Translations under genes and position numbers: made by a program
From: the human T2T-CHM13v2.0 reference genome, Homo sapiens
Assembly (NCBI RefSeq): GCF_009914755.1
Contig: NC_060941.1
Direction: 5' to 3' (one strand)
DNA length: 64,000 bases
The notes under the pieces: model-generated
The model's database searches: none
Told to the model about the DNA's origin: nothing
The model's input: only the letters and a program-made list of their open reading frames with translations
Shown: positions 13,504-30,039 of the stretch, piece by piece
Layout of the letters: each line of letters begins with the position of its first letter
Position numbering within the stretch: position 1 is the stretch's first letter

Positions 13504-13595
13504 CTGGAAAATATTGGAGAGGTCCCTGAGGTTGAAGACATAATGAAACTTAATGGCCGTGGGAAGAAATGTTGCCGTGATTTTCTGATGCAAAG
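13504..13595 (-). CDS. DNAH17: DNAH17 exon ([30 protein letters not shown])
   Basis: Read manually; taacag acceptor, CAG|gtactg donor, 92 nt; HYxFNLRD motif. Confidence 0.93.
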
Positions 13596-13963
13596 CTGTT
13601 AGAGGAAAAGGACGTGTCAATTCTCATGTACTCTTGATGGCCCCAGGAAGTGCAAGCCTCAAGTTTCTAAAGCCAATGGACTACGAAATGGTGACAACTG
13701 GAGTAAGAAATCTGCACAGCTCTTTGAAGTGGGAGGGAATTTGCTGTTCTCCTTAAATCATTTGTGTATAGAATTTCCTAGCCCCTACCTCCCCATGAAG
13801 CAATTGTATTTCACAATTTCTCCTGTCGAAACATAGCATCGTTTTTAAGATATTGATTTAGAATTATAAATAAAATATTTATCAAGGGAAAATGTGAAGA
13901 ACCATCAGCCCACAGAGCCATAGGTTTTACCGATGGGAGAGGGGATGAGGCCAGCCAGCTTAC

Positions 13964-14111
13964 CCAGGGCCGCGGCCACCAGCTGGCTGCTTATCCTCTG
14001 GATAGCCATGGAGACCGAGCGGAAGGCCAGGTGCTGCGTCAGGATTGTGTTGTAGATGGTGGTGAGGGCCTCCTGGCCGGGGAAGCTCACAGCAAACACG
14101 CAGAAATGGCG
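13964..14111 (-). CDS. DNAH17: DNAH17 exon (RHFCVFAV...QLVAAAL)
   Basis: gggtag acceptor, TGG|gtaagc donor, 148 nt. Confidence 0.9.
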
Positions 14112-14430
14112 CTACCCCAAAACAACCAAACACTCCAGTCAGCCAGCTCTTGGGGACCTGCCTGGGGCCAGGGCCACCTTCGCGGGAGAGTGGCCCCTGT
14201 CCTCATGTTCTAAGGTCTTTTGGGCATTGTCAGAATGGGCAGTTACCCTCCTTGTGCCTTGCATGTGGTAAAACTGCATTAAGTATCATTACACATGAAA
14301 CAGACAAATTTACTTCATGCTCTCAAGAAGAATTTTGGCAAAGGCAAGAGATGGGCTCAGAGTACAGGCCTGGGTTTAAATCCAGATCTCTGTGTGTTTA
14401 GATAACTTAGAGGCAAAGTCTGTCTGGGTA

Positions 14431-14958
<528 letters not shown>

Positions 14959-15162
14959 TGACCGGGTCACAGGGAAGGCTGGCTAGCTGCTCATCCTCTC
15001 CATGCCCTGGAATTTTCTGACACATTCTGCAAAGTTAAGGAGTTCTCCAGAAAATGTCGGCCTGCAGCCCTAACACCCTAAACCAAAGCTTTTCCTCTCA
15101 TTTGCCAGAAGCAAGCCTCAGACTCATGGCAGGTGACGGGGATGAGTATGGTTTCTGCTTAC

Positions 15163-15265
15163 CTGAAGCCTGGAGTCGATGGTGAAGGATCCGGAAGTGG
15201 GGTTCATGCAGGCCACGTACTGACAATTATGGATATCTTTTAACGTCAGCTTATGTCTGTCATAC
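15163..15265 (-). CDS. DNAH17: DNAH17 exon (YDRHKLTLK...[17 protein letters not shown])
   Basis: Read manually (absent from the ORF track); cctcag acceptor, CAG|gtaagc donor, 103 nt. Confidence 0.93.
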
Positions 15266-15354
15266 CTGAGGGGGGAAACCAGCATTCATGTTGTGCCCCT
15301 GGCCTGGAGGAACCATCCCCTGCCCCCACTGTGCTCCCAAGAATGCCCTCCTTA

Positions 15355-18616
<3,262 letters not shown>

Positions 18617-19204
18617 TCATCTTTCCAAACTGCAAACCTAAACGTGCCACCTTCGGTTTCTCGGTGCCGTTAGGAGAAAATCTGCACTCTGTCCCGAGGC
18701 CCTGGGATTCTGGCTGCAGCTGCCCTGGGCACCCTCTCCCTCTGGCTCTCACATCCTTGCCACACCGGCCTTCCTGGGCTTCTTCACGTGCGGCAGGGCC
18801 TTTACACGTGGCAATCTCTCCACCCAGAATGCTCTCCCTCTAAGGTCCCACAGCCAGCAGGACACTGCTGCCAGCTTCCAGCTGTGCACCATCTCCCCAG
18901 GGGCATCTCTCTGCTGGGGCTCCCAGCTGGGAGGCTCCTCTGTGACTGCACTGGGGGTTTTCCTCAGGGCTCTTCCTTTACCGGGTAATGTGCTTCTTCC
19001 TCTCCCGGCGGGACAGACACCTCGGTGGAAGGGGGGAAGGAGGATCCCCCCCTCCGCGGGGGCTCTAGGCCACTGCTGCATGTTTGTGAAATGGGTGATG
19101 GACGAAACTGATAGAACCTCTCCCCTACCCTGGCCCTACCTCAATGCCTTGTGGCCCCACAAACTTGGGGGCCCAGCTACGACCCGTGTCTCCCTACCCA
19201 CGTT

Positions 19205-19335
19205 GCAGCACCCCCCCCACCGCCCCACACCAGTCCTGCCCTACTGCCCTGGGGCTCCGCCTCTTCCTGCGCCCCGCCCTGGCCCCGCCCTCACCGCCCC
19301 GGGGCCACGCCTTCCCCTCCGGCCCCGCCCCGTCT
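19205..19335. promoter_or_regulatory. GC-box/CACCC-box cluster, candidate intragenic promoter
   Basis: CCCCGCCC at about 19272, 19283 and 19323, further CCGCCCC/CCACGCC/CCACACC motifs, locally CpG-rich. Confidence 0.5.
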
Positions 19336-19338
19336 AAC

Positions 19339-19504
19339 CAGTGCCGGTGGTCCATGTGCTGCCGGATGAGGGTGTGCGGGGCCACCGTCCCATACTTGTC
19401 CACCTCGGGCATGTTCATGTCGTCGATGAAGTAGACGAGCTTCTTAGTGCCTGGCGGCCCGTAGTTCCTCCCCGATTTCTTCTCCAGCGGCTTCTCCAGC
19501 ACCC
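19339..19504 (-). CDS. DNAH17: DNAH17 exon (VLEKPLEKK...YFIDDMNMP...MDHRH)
   Basis: ctctag acceptor, TG|gttaga donor, 166 nt. Confidence 0.93.
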
Positions 19505-20020
19505 CTAGAGAGGGCAGAGGGTCAGCTGCCCGCCTGCGCCTCCTGAGCCAGAGCCTGTTAGGTAGGGAGGGGCGCTACCTGCTTCCCCGGAGGACAGAAG
19601 GTGGGACCTGGCTGGGATCCAAGTTTACCAAAGGTACCTGCCCTGGGAGTGGCCCTTGAGGGGGCACCGGGTACAGCCCCAGGAATAAACAGAGCGATCA
19701 GAGGCGAGGGTGGCAGGAACCTTGCTCTCCGTCACCTTTGGGTCGCCTTAGATTGGCTGAGACACTCCCGGGGGACCTGCTGCCTCGACTGGCCATCAAA
19801 ACCCCATCACCATGCCCACAAGGGAGCACCAGAAAGAGGGGTCCCGGCTGCTCCTCCTCTGTCTCCGACTCAGGAAGGAAAGGCCAGCGGGTGGGGCACG
19901 GGAAGTGAGGAGGTGCAAAGTGGCTAGTGAGTGCCTGGGCCTGCAGTGAGAGGGGACAGGAGGGAACGGGGACTGGCGGGGGGCAGCCGGGTAGGCGGGG
20001 CGTGGCCGGACCAGCCTCAC

Positions 20021-20228
20021 CCTGCAGCATGGCTGAGGTCGTGTAGAAGTTGAAGGGCACAGCCTGCACCAGGTAGTTGTCCGTGTTCAGGCTTTCCAGC
20101 TTGTCCCCCATCAGCACCGACTTGCCCGTCCCCGCGTTCCCCACCAGCATCACCGGCCAGGACTTCTCCATGAGCAGGTCCATGAAGTAGCGGATGCGGA
20201 TGGTTTCCGTGGTGTGGACCAAAGAGGC
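20021..20228 (-). CDS. DNAH17: DNAH17 exon with AAA3 P-loop GNAGTGKS
   Basis: ccccag acceptor, AGG|gtgagg donor, 208 nt. Confidence 0.94.
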
Positions 20229-20430
20229 CTGGGGCAGGGGAGGGAAGGGGAGGGAGCTGTGATTCTCAGACACTTCTGCCTCTCGTGGGTGTGCAGGCCA
20301 TGTTCTACCGAACAGGTCCTAATGTTGAAAATCGGTTGTGTTTGGACATTCCGTGCAGGCGTGTGGAGGGTACTGCACCGATTCCTGCCTCTAAATCACC
20401 AGTCGGTGGCCCTGCTTTGGGGACAGTTAC

Positions 20431-20604
20431 CTGCAGTGGGACATCGGGATCCAGCTCAAAGGAGGGCACTTTATCTGTCCAGGGCAGGAACTTTTTTGTG
20501 TCAGGATCAATGTAGTAGTCAAAAATCGTTCCCTGCGAGGGGAACTTGATAGTCTTGAATTCGTTGATCCACCATTTACTGAACTCCACTCGATAATCCA
20601 CAAG
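20431..20604 (-). CDS. DNAH17: DNAH17 exon (LVDYRVEF...DPDVPLQ)
   Basis: caacag acceptor, CAG|gtaact donor, 174 nt. Confidence 0.93.
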
Positions 20605-20694
20605 CTGTTGAGACACAGAAGTAAAAATCAGGGCCCAGCTAAGCGGGATGCTGAGAGACCCTGTGTGGGTGGCCGGGCCCCCCAGGTGCATCAC

Positions 20695-20977
20695 CTGGTC
20701 CTGGAACATGGCGCCACCGAAGGCCCAGAAGCAGGTGAACACGAAGTACAGCTCGTACAGCTCCCTGGGGGAGTCGGGGGGCACGGTCTTCTCCGTGAGC
20801 AGGCACTCCAGCAGGTACAGGATCGTTTGGATCACCGTGATCTCCGGCACTGGCGTGATCTTCTTGAACCCAAAGCGCAACTTGTCCAGGCACGTGGGCA
20901 GGTACTTGTCAAAGAGGATCATCAGGTTGGCCTTCTCCGACTGCACCTTGCGCCTCTCGATCCAGCTGCTCACCACC
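20695..20977 (-). CDS. DNAH17: DNAH17 exon (VVSSWIE...[11 protein letters not shown])
   Basis: ccccag acceptor, CAG|gtgatg donor, 283 nt. Confidence 0.93.
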
Positions 20978-22014
20978 CTGGGGGTGACAGGAGGCGCCGA
21001 TGACACAGCCGCTGCTCTGGGTCTGCCAGTGTCCCTGCCTTGGTAAACGCCCCTCCCTACCTCCACCCAATTCTGCTGGGGCTGCCCTCAGGGTCACCAT
21101 GCCTGCATGGCAATGGGTCCAAACGAGGGTGCCAGAGGGGCCAGTTGCAGGCCCTGAAAGGGTCGGAGGAGGATGCCAGGGTCGTGGGGGCTGTGCCCTC
21201 TCTGGGGTTGCTAGCTATGGGGGTGCTGTAGGTCTAGAACAGTTGGAAGCCATTCTTGCTACCACACGGGAAGCACATACCAAGGGCTGGTGGATGGGGC
21301 AGAACAGAAAAGGAGAAAGATCTCATGATGTCATGTGGGGGGCACGAAGGTGGGGACAGTAAGGGAGTAGAAAGGAGAGACAAGGATAGGAGCAGGGACA
21401 TTTCATTACATCATCTGGACTCCTGAATCCAGCCATGCCTGAAGCACCCCTTGGTGCTTTTTTTTTTTTTTTTTTTAAGCTTCAGTTAGTTTGAGTTGAA
21501 TTTGCCATGTTCAGTGTAAGAGTACAAATCAATACAACCAGCAATCCTTGAAGAGCCGTGCCAGACTGTTGGCCACAGACATCTCTGGGTGGCTCGTGTG
21601 GAGGTGGCCCACCACGGCGATGAGGGGTGTGGACTCTGGGGCCTGACTGCCCAGGCTTGAGTCAGCTCTACCATGGCCAGCTGCTGCTTTAGGCAGGTTA
21701 CTGCACATGCCTGAGTCCCTGGTTTCTCATCTGTAAACAGGGGTGATGTTTCCATGACCCTCATTTCCAAGGACTACATGGGCTGATATTTTTAAAGCTC
21801 AGAGAAGGGGGCCTGGTCCAGGGTAAGTGTTGCCAAATCAGCATCTGCTGAAAGCATCACTAGTGCCTGGCCCCCTCGAGTGCCAGTGAGCTCAGCACGT
21901 GCATCATTTCCAGGATGCCCAGGGCCTAAGCAGGAAGCTCCTGTTAACACACACAGCCAGCCTGCCCTGCGCTGACCGGCAGACGTGCCTCTTTAGACAG
22001 AGACTCATTTTTTT

Positions 22015-22342
<328 letters not shown>

Positions 22343-23092
22343 TGAACCTCTATCACAAGAGAGAATTAAGAGCTGAACGTCTTTGCCGCATAGCACCCTG
22401 TATTATCCAGCGTAATAGAGTAAACCTTTCTATGTCCCTAAGCGAATCAGGGTGTCTCCATGCCTGTCGCAACTAAGAACTGAATTCCAAGTCCAGTTGG
22501 TCTTCAGTAGGGGAGATTGATTTGCAAATCTACGCAGAGGCTGCTGCTTTCTGCCTTCTACTTTGAAGATGTTTGTGTCAAAAATTTGTGATGCTGCCTT
22601 GGTAGGAGTCACTGAGTGCGGGTCGGTGTGTGTGCTGTCTCTGATATGCGTAGCACAGGCCCCAGGAGAGACACATGCTTGCGAGACAGGCCGACTTTCT
22701 CACCTCTGGTCCATACGGCTTCTTGCCCTGTCCCCAAGGCCATCCTGGGTGCATCCGGCATCCCTGCCCCTGGCAGTTGCCTATAGGAGGGCTGCTCCTG
22801 CTGTCTGGGGACCCTGTGTCTGCTTCTCGCCCATTTCCATTCTCTCCTCTGCCAATACTCAGGTCTCCTCCTCCTGCTTCCTCCAGGTCACTCCTTGGAG
22901 GTGTCCAGTTCCTGCCTTGGCCCACGCTGCCTTCGTTTCTGGCTCCCTCTTCTCTGCTCCCATAGGGTGTCCCCCTGAGGACTCCACGATCCTGTCTTTT
23001 TCCTGTCCCCGTGTCTCAGCAGCTCCTACCCAGGCTTCATTTCAGTTCCCCGGACATTGTCTTTGCCTACCCTGAAAACTCCCACACATGGT

Positions 23093-23520
23093 ACAGTGGG
23101 TAGGATGGTGGTGCTACAAAAGAATGTCCACCCAGAACCCAGAATGTGCCCTGATTTGGAGAAAGGGCATTAGCAGATGTCATCAAGGATCTTGAGACAA
23201 GATCATCCTGGATTTAGGGTGGACCCTGAATCCAATGACTGTGTCCTTATAAGCAAATGGGAAATTTGGACACAGACATACAGAGAAGGCCACGTGGAGA
23301 CAGAGGCGGAGATGGGAGGGGTGTGTCCATAAGCCAAGGGATGCCAAGGACCGCCGAGAGCCCCCAGGAGCTGGGAGAGAGGCCTGGGACAGGTTCTCCC
23401 GCAGAGCCTCAGAGGGAACCAGCACTGCCTACTCCTTGACTTCTGGCCTCCAGCACTGGGAGAGGATAAATGTCTGTTGTTTGAAGCTGCCCCATTAGTG
23501 GTCATTGTTTCAGCAGCTGG
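23093..23520 (+). mobile_element. MLT1-type MaLR solo LTR
   Basis: GATCATCCTGGATTTAGGGTGGACCCTGAATCCAATGACTG, AAGCCAAGG and TTCTGGCCTCCAG motifs. Confidence 0.8.
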
Positions 23521-24289
23521 AGAATGCTGTATAAGCAGGCAAGTGTTGCTGGAGAAGCCGGCACAGAGGCACCCAGGCTCAGCAGCTCCTGGCCCTGTCC
23601 CCATAGGGAACATTCCACTTGGTATCCCTCTCAAACCCTGGCCACACTGTGCTGCCTGCCTCCCAGCAGAGGGTCTCACTTCCCACGCAGAGAGCAAAGA
23701 AGTGCACCAGCATGAACTCCGGAAACTTAATTTTCTCTGCCTATAGACTTGCATGCACCTGAAAACAGCCATGCCTGCATCCCATGGCCAAACATCATTC
23801 TTGTCTCGACAAATACTACAAAGCTTCATTCCTCTTGTTCCAGCCCTACCCTCCAGCACTCCAAGGCAGGACTCGCCTCACTTCTGGCGCCTCCTGCTGC
23901 CTCCTCCATACCTCATTGCCATCTGGCTCTGCCCTCAACACGCCCTGAAGCTGTTCTCCCTGAGTGATGGAGATGCGCCTAGCTCCCAAATGCAATGGGA
24001 ACTCTTCTGTCCTTGGCTTGACTCTGGGTGCCATCCTACTGAGGTGAATGCTCCCTCCTGAAGCTTTTGTTGCTGGGTGTCTGGGATGACGCGTCCTGGG
24101 TTCCCTTCTGCCTTTGGTTTGTTCCACCTGTGAATCCCTCACATATTCTTCTTCCTCCCCCACGGTGCTGGTTTTTCTCAGAAAACCAGCTTTTTTCATC
24201 ACTCTCTACATCTTTCCTGGAGAGCCCAGCTCCCCAGCATGGAATATCCTGGGGTTGGACACACATGGCAGGTGTGCGAAGTACTGGGT

Positions 24290-24352
24290 GGGCGGGAGGG
24301 TGAATGGATGGGTGAGTGGGTGGGTGGGCGGATGGATGGATGGATGGATGAA
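24290..24352. repeat. (TGGA/TGGG)n simple repeat within degraded L2-like sequence
   Basis: GGATGGATGGATGG run; flanks resemble L2. Confidence 0.75.
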
Positions 24353-25167
24353 CTGTGACCTCCAGCCAAGACGCTCCTCTGGAGCCTCTTGCCTCAGGAA
24401 CACCTCACTGGGATTTCTGCCTAAGTCCACGCAGGACATTTGCACAAAGCTGTCATTTCTATGTCCCCAGGAAATCCCTTACTCTGTCAATCACCAGCCA
24501 CGTGTCCAAGCCCGAAAATATGCCTCTGGAATCAATATCAAGTCTTCCATTTCTCCAGATTTCAGATATTTCTTAAACCCATCCCTTCCTCTCTGATCCC
24601 TAGAGGCCCCCATCTTGCTGGCATGACCAGCTGCTTTTCCCTCGTCACATTGGAAAGGGACACTTGCACCTTGGCCCAGCATCAGCGCCTTCCCGTCAGG
24701 AGCAGCCTCCGCCTTTATGCTCTGGCCAGGAGAACCCGACCACTGCCCATCCGGCAATGCCCCACTCCCCACCATGCCCTGTGAACGCGGGTTCTTGTCT
24801 GGTGTGCTTCTCTGTTTTCACCCCTTAGAGGCAGCCTGACCCTTTGGATGGCAGCCCAAACTTCAATCACCTGGGAAGACTTCCCACCTCCACAGAGGCC
24901 AAGACCTCCCTTCCCACACCAGCCCTTGTTCCCTGGCACTTTGTGCAAACATCCGCTTGCTCAGCTGCCCTGCCTCGTGTCACTGTGAATTTACACCATT
25001 TATTCCCAGGTCTCTCACCCCTTCACTGCTGTGACACTGGTGCCTGGTGAGGGCCTGATACACAGTTTGTGACATGAATGATGAATGAATATGCAACTCT
25101 GAAACAGGCCAACAAGTTCGTTTTTCCCTGCCGAGGTTTGGAACAGGAAAGCCAAAGCCCCACTCAC

Positions 25168-25316
25168 GGGTTCCATCCCAGGTCGGCTGGGTTGATGTAG
25201 AGGATGCCGGCTCTGGAAACGGTGGCTGGGGTGGCCGTCCTCAGGTGGCTGATTTCGAACACCAGCCTCATGGTGCGGTTCAGGGGGATCCGCTCGTTGC
25301 TGGCCAGGGTGAGGAC
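25168..25316 (-). CDS. DNAH17: DNAH17 exon ([10 protein letters not shown]...[10 protein letters not shown]...LGWN)
   Basis: tcctag acceptor, CC|gtgagt donor, 149 nt. Confidence 0.94.
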
Positions 25317-25911
25317 CTAGGAGGGGGACAGCAGCCCGTGGGGTCCTAAGGCGACACCTGCCATCCCAATGGTGTTCTGGGGTGGGGGTTACTCGGAGCA
25401 AACCTCCGAGCAAGGAGGAGGGGCCCAGGCCAGCCCTGCCACCCCTGGCCCACAGCCCTAGTCCCTTGGCCCAGGGCTTCTCTGCCTTCCCTGAATCCAG
25501 CAGCCTCTAGACGCCCACACCGTGAGGGCTGCAGCATGGAGTCAGGGCTGCTTTCTCAAACCATCACCCCTCCCCATCCTGGAAAGTATTGTGTTCCTTC
25601 CTGCATCCAACTGAGGAGCATTTTTAGAAAATGGCTTCTAGACAATTCTACATAACCATTTCTGCTTCCCAGGCCTTTACTCTGAACCCATCCTGCTAAA
25701 ATGTAAGGTGAGGCGCATGCAAAACCACAACGCATGTGACAAAGTCTCACGACAAGGTGCCCCTCACTCATAGCTTCCTGTGGAGATCCAGACACGCCAC
25801 CTGCGCCAAGCCTGGCATGCAGGGCCTGAGTGCTCCGTAGGCGCCTCCCTGTGAGCCCCCGTTGTCCCTGCCTTGGGTGGCCTTGGGGCTTAGAGTCCAG
25901 GGCCCGCGAAC

Positions 25912-26039
25912 CTTGTTGTCATCCATGACTGTGTTGAGAGACTCGATCCACATGGGGTCTATGTCTCCGTCAAGGATGATCCACTTGGGGCCGTCATGGG
26001 TGATGTTGGCCAGGTCTCGCATGATGGTGGAGAACAGGC
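25912..26039 (-). CDS. DNAH17: DNAH17 exon (LFSTIMR...[24 protein letters not shown])
   Basis: ccccag acceptor, AAG|gttcgc donor, 128 nt. Confidence 0.94.
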
Positions 26040-27101
26040 CTGGGGGAGGCGCGTGGTATGACCCCGGGCCCTTCACTCCGGCCCCATTCCAGTCCCCACC
26101 AGTCCTGACCCTGGCCTCTCTCTCTGGGAGGGAGCCTGTCCCCTACTTCAGAGGAACAGCAGAGGCCCTCGGGCATGAGGTGCCCAGGCTCCCTGCCCTC
26201 CGTTCTCTGTGGCCTCCCTCCTACGTGCCCTCTCCATGCCTGAGGCCCTGCCTGTCCTCCTCCGACCCTGCACCCTCCCTGTCAGCCCCTCTTTGTGGCC
26301 CTGGCTGGCTCAGTTTTTCCAGGCTCAACATCCCACGGGGCGCAGCACCTGTGCACCCAGCTCTGTCCATCTGTCCACTCACACGCTCAGCAGAAGTCTG
26401 CGGAGCACGCTTCATGCGTCAGGCATGGAATGGAGCAAGGTGGGGGCTGGGGGTACAGAGCTTGACTTCTAGTAGGGGAAGTGAGCTGTACATGCAGAAG
26501 CCAGCGAAGGGGGACAGGGAAAGCGGGTCAGGGGTAGGGCCACTTCTGATGGGTAGGGTGCGGGGGACAGGCTAGGCACAGCCCTCCCCTAGGCTCCTGG
26601 TCAGGACCACCCTGCTCCCGCTGACGACTCCTCAGCTCTCGCAGCTCCTTTCTGCAGCCCACTCTCCAACATCCGGAGTTCCTTTCATAAAGTGCAAACC
26701 CAGTGACGCCACCTCCTGGGGGAAGCTTCTCCCCAGAGCCCACCGACTGAGGCCAGGGCTCCCCGGGCAGCCTCCAGCCTGCATGTCTGGGCTCCCATGC
26801 ACTCCTCACGGGTCACACCTGTCCTTGCTCTGCCCTCTCCCCTTGGCCTGCTCGGGGCAGGCCTGCAGTCCTCACCGTCCCAGCTCCTGTGGCCCCCATT
26901 CCTTATCCCCCAGCCCGGGTGCTACGTGCCCACTGCTCCCCATAAACTTTGTTACCATGGTGCCACCATTGCAGGCCACGTGCCTGTGTGCCCCACCCTA
27001 GCCTGGGGAGGCTGGCCTTCCACGTGGGAACGGCTGAGCACACGCTCACTGCACTGGACCAGGAGTGCCCCTGCAGCCTGTCCCGGGACCACCCTCGTTA
27101 C

Positions 27102-27234
27102 CATCTTTCCATTCCCTGGTCACTGGGTTGATGATGCCAAAGAGCTCGTCGCAGGTGACGGCCTTGGGGTCCAGGTCCACGGCGACCGGCTTCCTCTTCA
27201 GGTTCTGATAGGTCTTGTTGAGGGATTTGAGGAC
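27102..27234 (-). CDS. DNAH17: DNAH17 exon (VLKSLNK...TREWKD)
   Basis: cgccag acceptor, ATG|gtaacg donor, 133 nt. Confidence 0.93.
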
Positions 27235-28515
27235 CTGGCGAAGGTGGGGGTCACTCACGTGTGACTCCATGTTCCTGGCACATCCTGCCCCACTAGCCTC
27301 AGGACCATGGGTGGGCCTGGATGGTTTTTTTTTTTTTTTTTTTTTTTTGAGATGGAGTTTCACTCTTGTCGCCGAGGCTGGAGTGCAGTGGTGTGATCTC
27401 AGCTCACTGCAACCTCTGCCTCAGGGTTCAAGTGATTCTCTTGCCTTAGCTTCCCAAGTAGCTGGGATTACAGGCGCCCATGACCACACCCGGCTAATTT
27501 TTGTACTTTTAGTAGAGACAGGGTTTCACCATGTTGGTCAGGCTGGTCTCAAACTCCTGATCTCAGGTGATCAGCCCGCCTTGGCCTCCCAAAGTGCTGG
27601 GATTACAGGAGTGAGCCGCTGCGCCCGGCCCTGGATGCCTTTTATGAACCACCAGGCTGAACCCTTCTCTGGATCACGTTTGCTCTGGAGACACACAGGT
27701 GAGTTTACACCCCCCAACCATGGCTGAGGCGAAGGAGGCCTGGGTGATGGGAAGCTAACTGTTCACTGTGCGTGTCTGCAGCCCGCAGAGAGCTGCTTGC
27801 CCTAGACTGTGCGAGGCTCTGAAAACATTCACATTCCTTTCTTCCTCATGGTACAAGTAATACGCACTCACTGAAAAACCATCTAGGAAAACTCCCCACA
27901 ATCCTCCATTCAGGGAAAAGGAGCTTTAAAGACACGGTTGAGGACATTTCCTGTATGTGTATGTCCGAGTTCCTTTTTAGGAAACTGGGTCCATGCGGCC
28001 TCTGCCTTTTAAAACATCACTTCTGGTGAGCTTCCCCATGTGACTGGCGGTGGGAGTGATCTCAAACAATAGCAGAAGGGTCCAGCCTGTGGGCCTCTGG
28101 CCGGACACTTGGCTGGCATGGAATTTTCCACATCACAGACATCAGTCACATCCGCCACCACCCTCCACATGTCACCACTCCCTAGGCCATGGCAGGTGAC
28201 AGGAGGGCGATGGGTTGGGCCGGCCACAGGGACAGGGAGACAAGTGACTGACGTCAAGGAGAGAAGAGCAGGAAGACAAGGAGGAACAGGGAGGGAGGCC
28301 TCACCCAGGGATCAGGGATCAGGGGCTGTGGCAGCTCCTCCCCTCCTCCTCGGCCCCCAGCTTCCTCCCTGGCCCATGACTCAGGCCGGAGGGCTCCCAG
28401 GATGTACTGGGTTGGGGTCTCCGGGGTGGCGGGGAGTGATGGAGGGCCGACCCTTCGCCCCAGCCCTCCCCCACCATGCCGGATCCCTGCAAGGTCCCTG
28501 GAGCGGGTGACACAC

Positions 28516-28653
28516 CTGAGATTTGCCGCTGCCCGCATTCCCGACGATGAACACGGAGTGGCGGACCTGCAGCAGCTCCTCCAGCTGCACCACCTTCAGC
28601 ACGAAGCTGTCCTCCGCCTGCAGCTTGAGCTCCACGATGCTCTGCTTGATGAT
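28516..28653 (-). CDS. DNAH17: DNAH17 exon with AAA2 P-loop GNAGSGKS
   Basis: ccccag acceptor, CAG|gtgtgt donor, 138 nt. Confidence 0.94.
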
Positions 28654-29072
28654 CTGGGGAGACATGGATGAGGCTGGGTGAGGAACTGAAGCAGCTTTTC
28701 TTTCTTCTCGCTGGGAGGCTGGGGGGCTTCCTGCCCCGTGGGGGAGATGATAAAGGCGCCCTTGCCCTCCGATGCACGTGCGTCTGCAAGTTCTGCTGTC
28801 AATGCCGAGAGTTGACATAGCTCCACCGCGACCTCATGCAGGGGGTCGGTTTGCCTGAAGCCCCCCCAGCCTCAGTTGAGAGAGTGACCTCCCCCAGCAC
28901 TGACAGGGTGGGGCTGGCCAGGGCCACGGAGGCAGCTGTGGCTCAGAGGTCTCTTTGTAGCATCGGGAAACGTGCGTGTGTGACACGGGTCTCCACCCGT
29001 CCAACATCAGTGGGAAGGAAGCCCCAGCCAGGCAGGCTTCTCCGGACAGACCTGAGACCCAGGAGTCCCGAC

Positions 29073-29300
29073 CTTTTCAAAATTCAGGTCCCGTTTCCGA
29101 GGCACGTCCAGAGCCGGGAAGAGGTCCCCGATCAGTCCCATGAATACGGGCAGGTCGTCTGTCACAATCTTGGGGATGTTGAAGTCTCTCAGCGCCCGCA
29201 TGAGCACCTGGTCCTCTGCCCGGCTGGGGTCGCCCCTCTTCAGGGAGCCGGCCACCACCAGCACAGACTTGATGGCTCTCAGGCCCCAGTCGTAATGATC
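29073..29300 (-). CDS. DNAH17: DNAH17 exon (DHYDWGLRA...DLNFEK)
   Basis: ccgcag acceptor, AAG|gtcggg donor, 228 nt. Confidence 0.95.
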
Positions 29301-29438
29301 CTGCGGGCAGTGGGCACAGGTGGGCAGACGTGAGCTCACCTTCCTGTGGCCAGCAGGCAGGTCTGGAAGCCAACCCTGGCTGCTGCCCGCATCTCAAACT
29401 CCCACCCACACCCGCCGTGAGCTCCAGGACACACACAC

Positions 29439-29577
29439 CTGCTTCGAGAGCAGCTCCTTGCACAAGGTGTACAGGGTGATGAACTTCCTGGCCAGAAGGC
29501 GGGCTTCCAGAAAGCCCTCGGCCACCAGCATGATCTCACATATCAGTTCGAAGTCGGGGACGACCATGGCACAGGGC
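29439..29577 (-). CDS. DNAH17: DNAH17 exon (PCAMVVPD...ELLSKQ)
   Basis: ccccag acceptor, CAG|gtgtgt donor, 139 nt. Confidence 0.94.
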
Positions 29578-29934
29578 CTGGGGAGGTCAGCGGTGCCTGT
29601 GGGCTTCTGCCCACTCCCTCCCCAACCTACACCCCTGCCTGTCCCTCTTCACCTAAGAGAGCACACCTCGACTGCCAGGTAGACCACAGCAGAGTGTTGA
29701 ACCTTCGGTCCTGGAGCCGGGCTCCCAGCCCGCCTGCTCCCTACTTCCCTCCTCCTCCCACATCATCCACTGGGTGCACCTTCAGGGCCCCTCCTCTGAG
29801 AGCCACCCCAACCCCCCAACCCTGCTTTCCATCACTGTGTCCCAGGTGCGGTCCTCCCACCCAGGGGAAGACAGAGTGCTTTCTAAGGAGGCCCTCGCCT
29901 GCCTCATCCTGGGAGTGTTTTTTTTTTTTTTTGA

Positions 29935-30039
<105 letters not shown>

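Noticed and set aside
12328-13541. Long His-, Thr/Ile-, Ser/Pro- and Met/Val-rich ORFs (e.g. 233 aa at 12328-13029)
   Set aside because: Artefacts of the CAT/CAC triplet array, which rarely creates stops; intronic, with no supporting gene structure.
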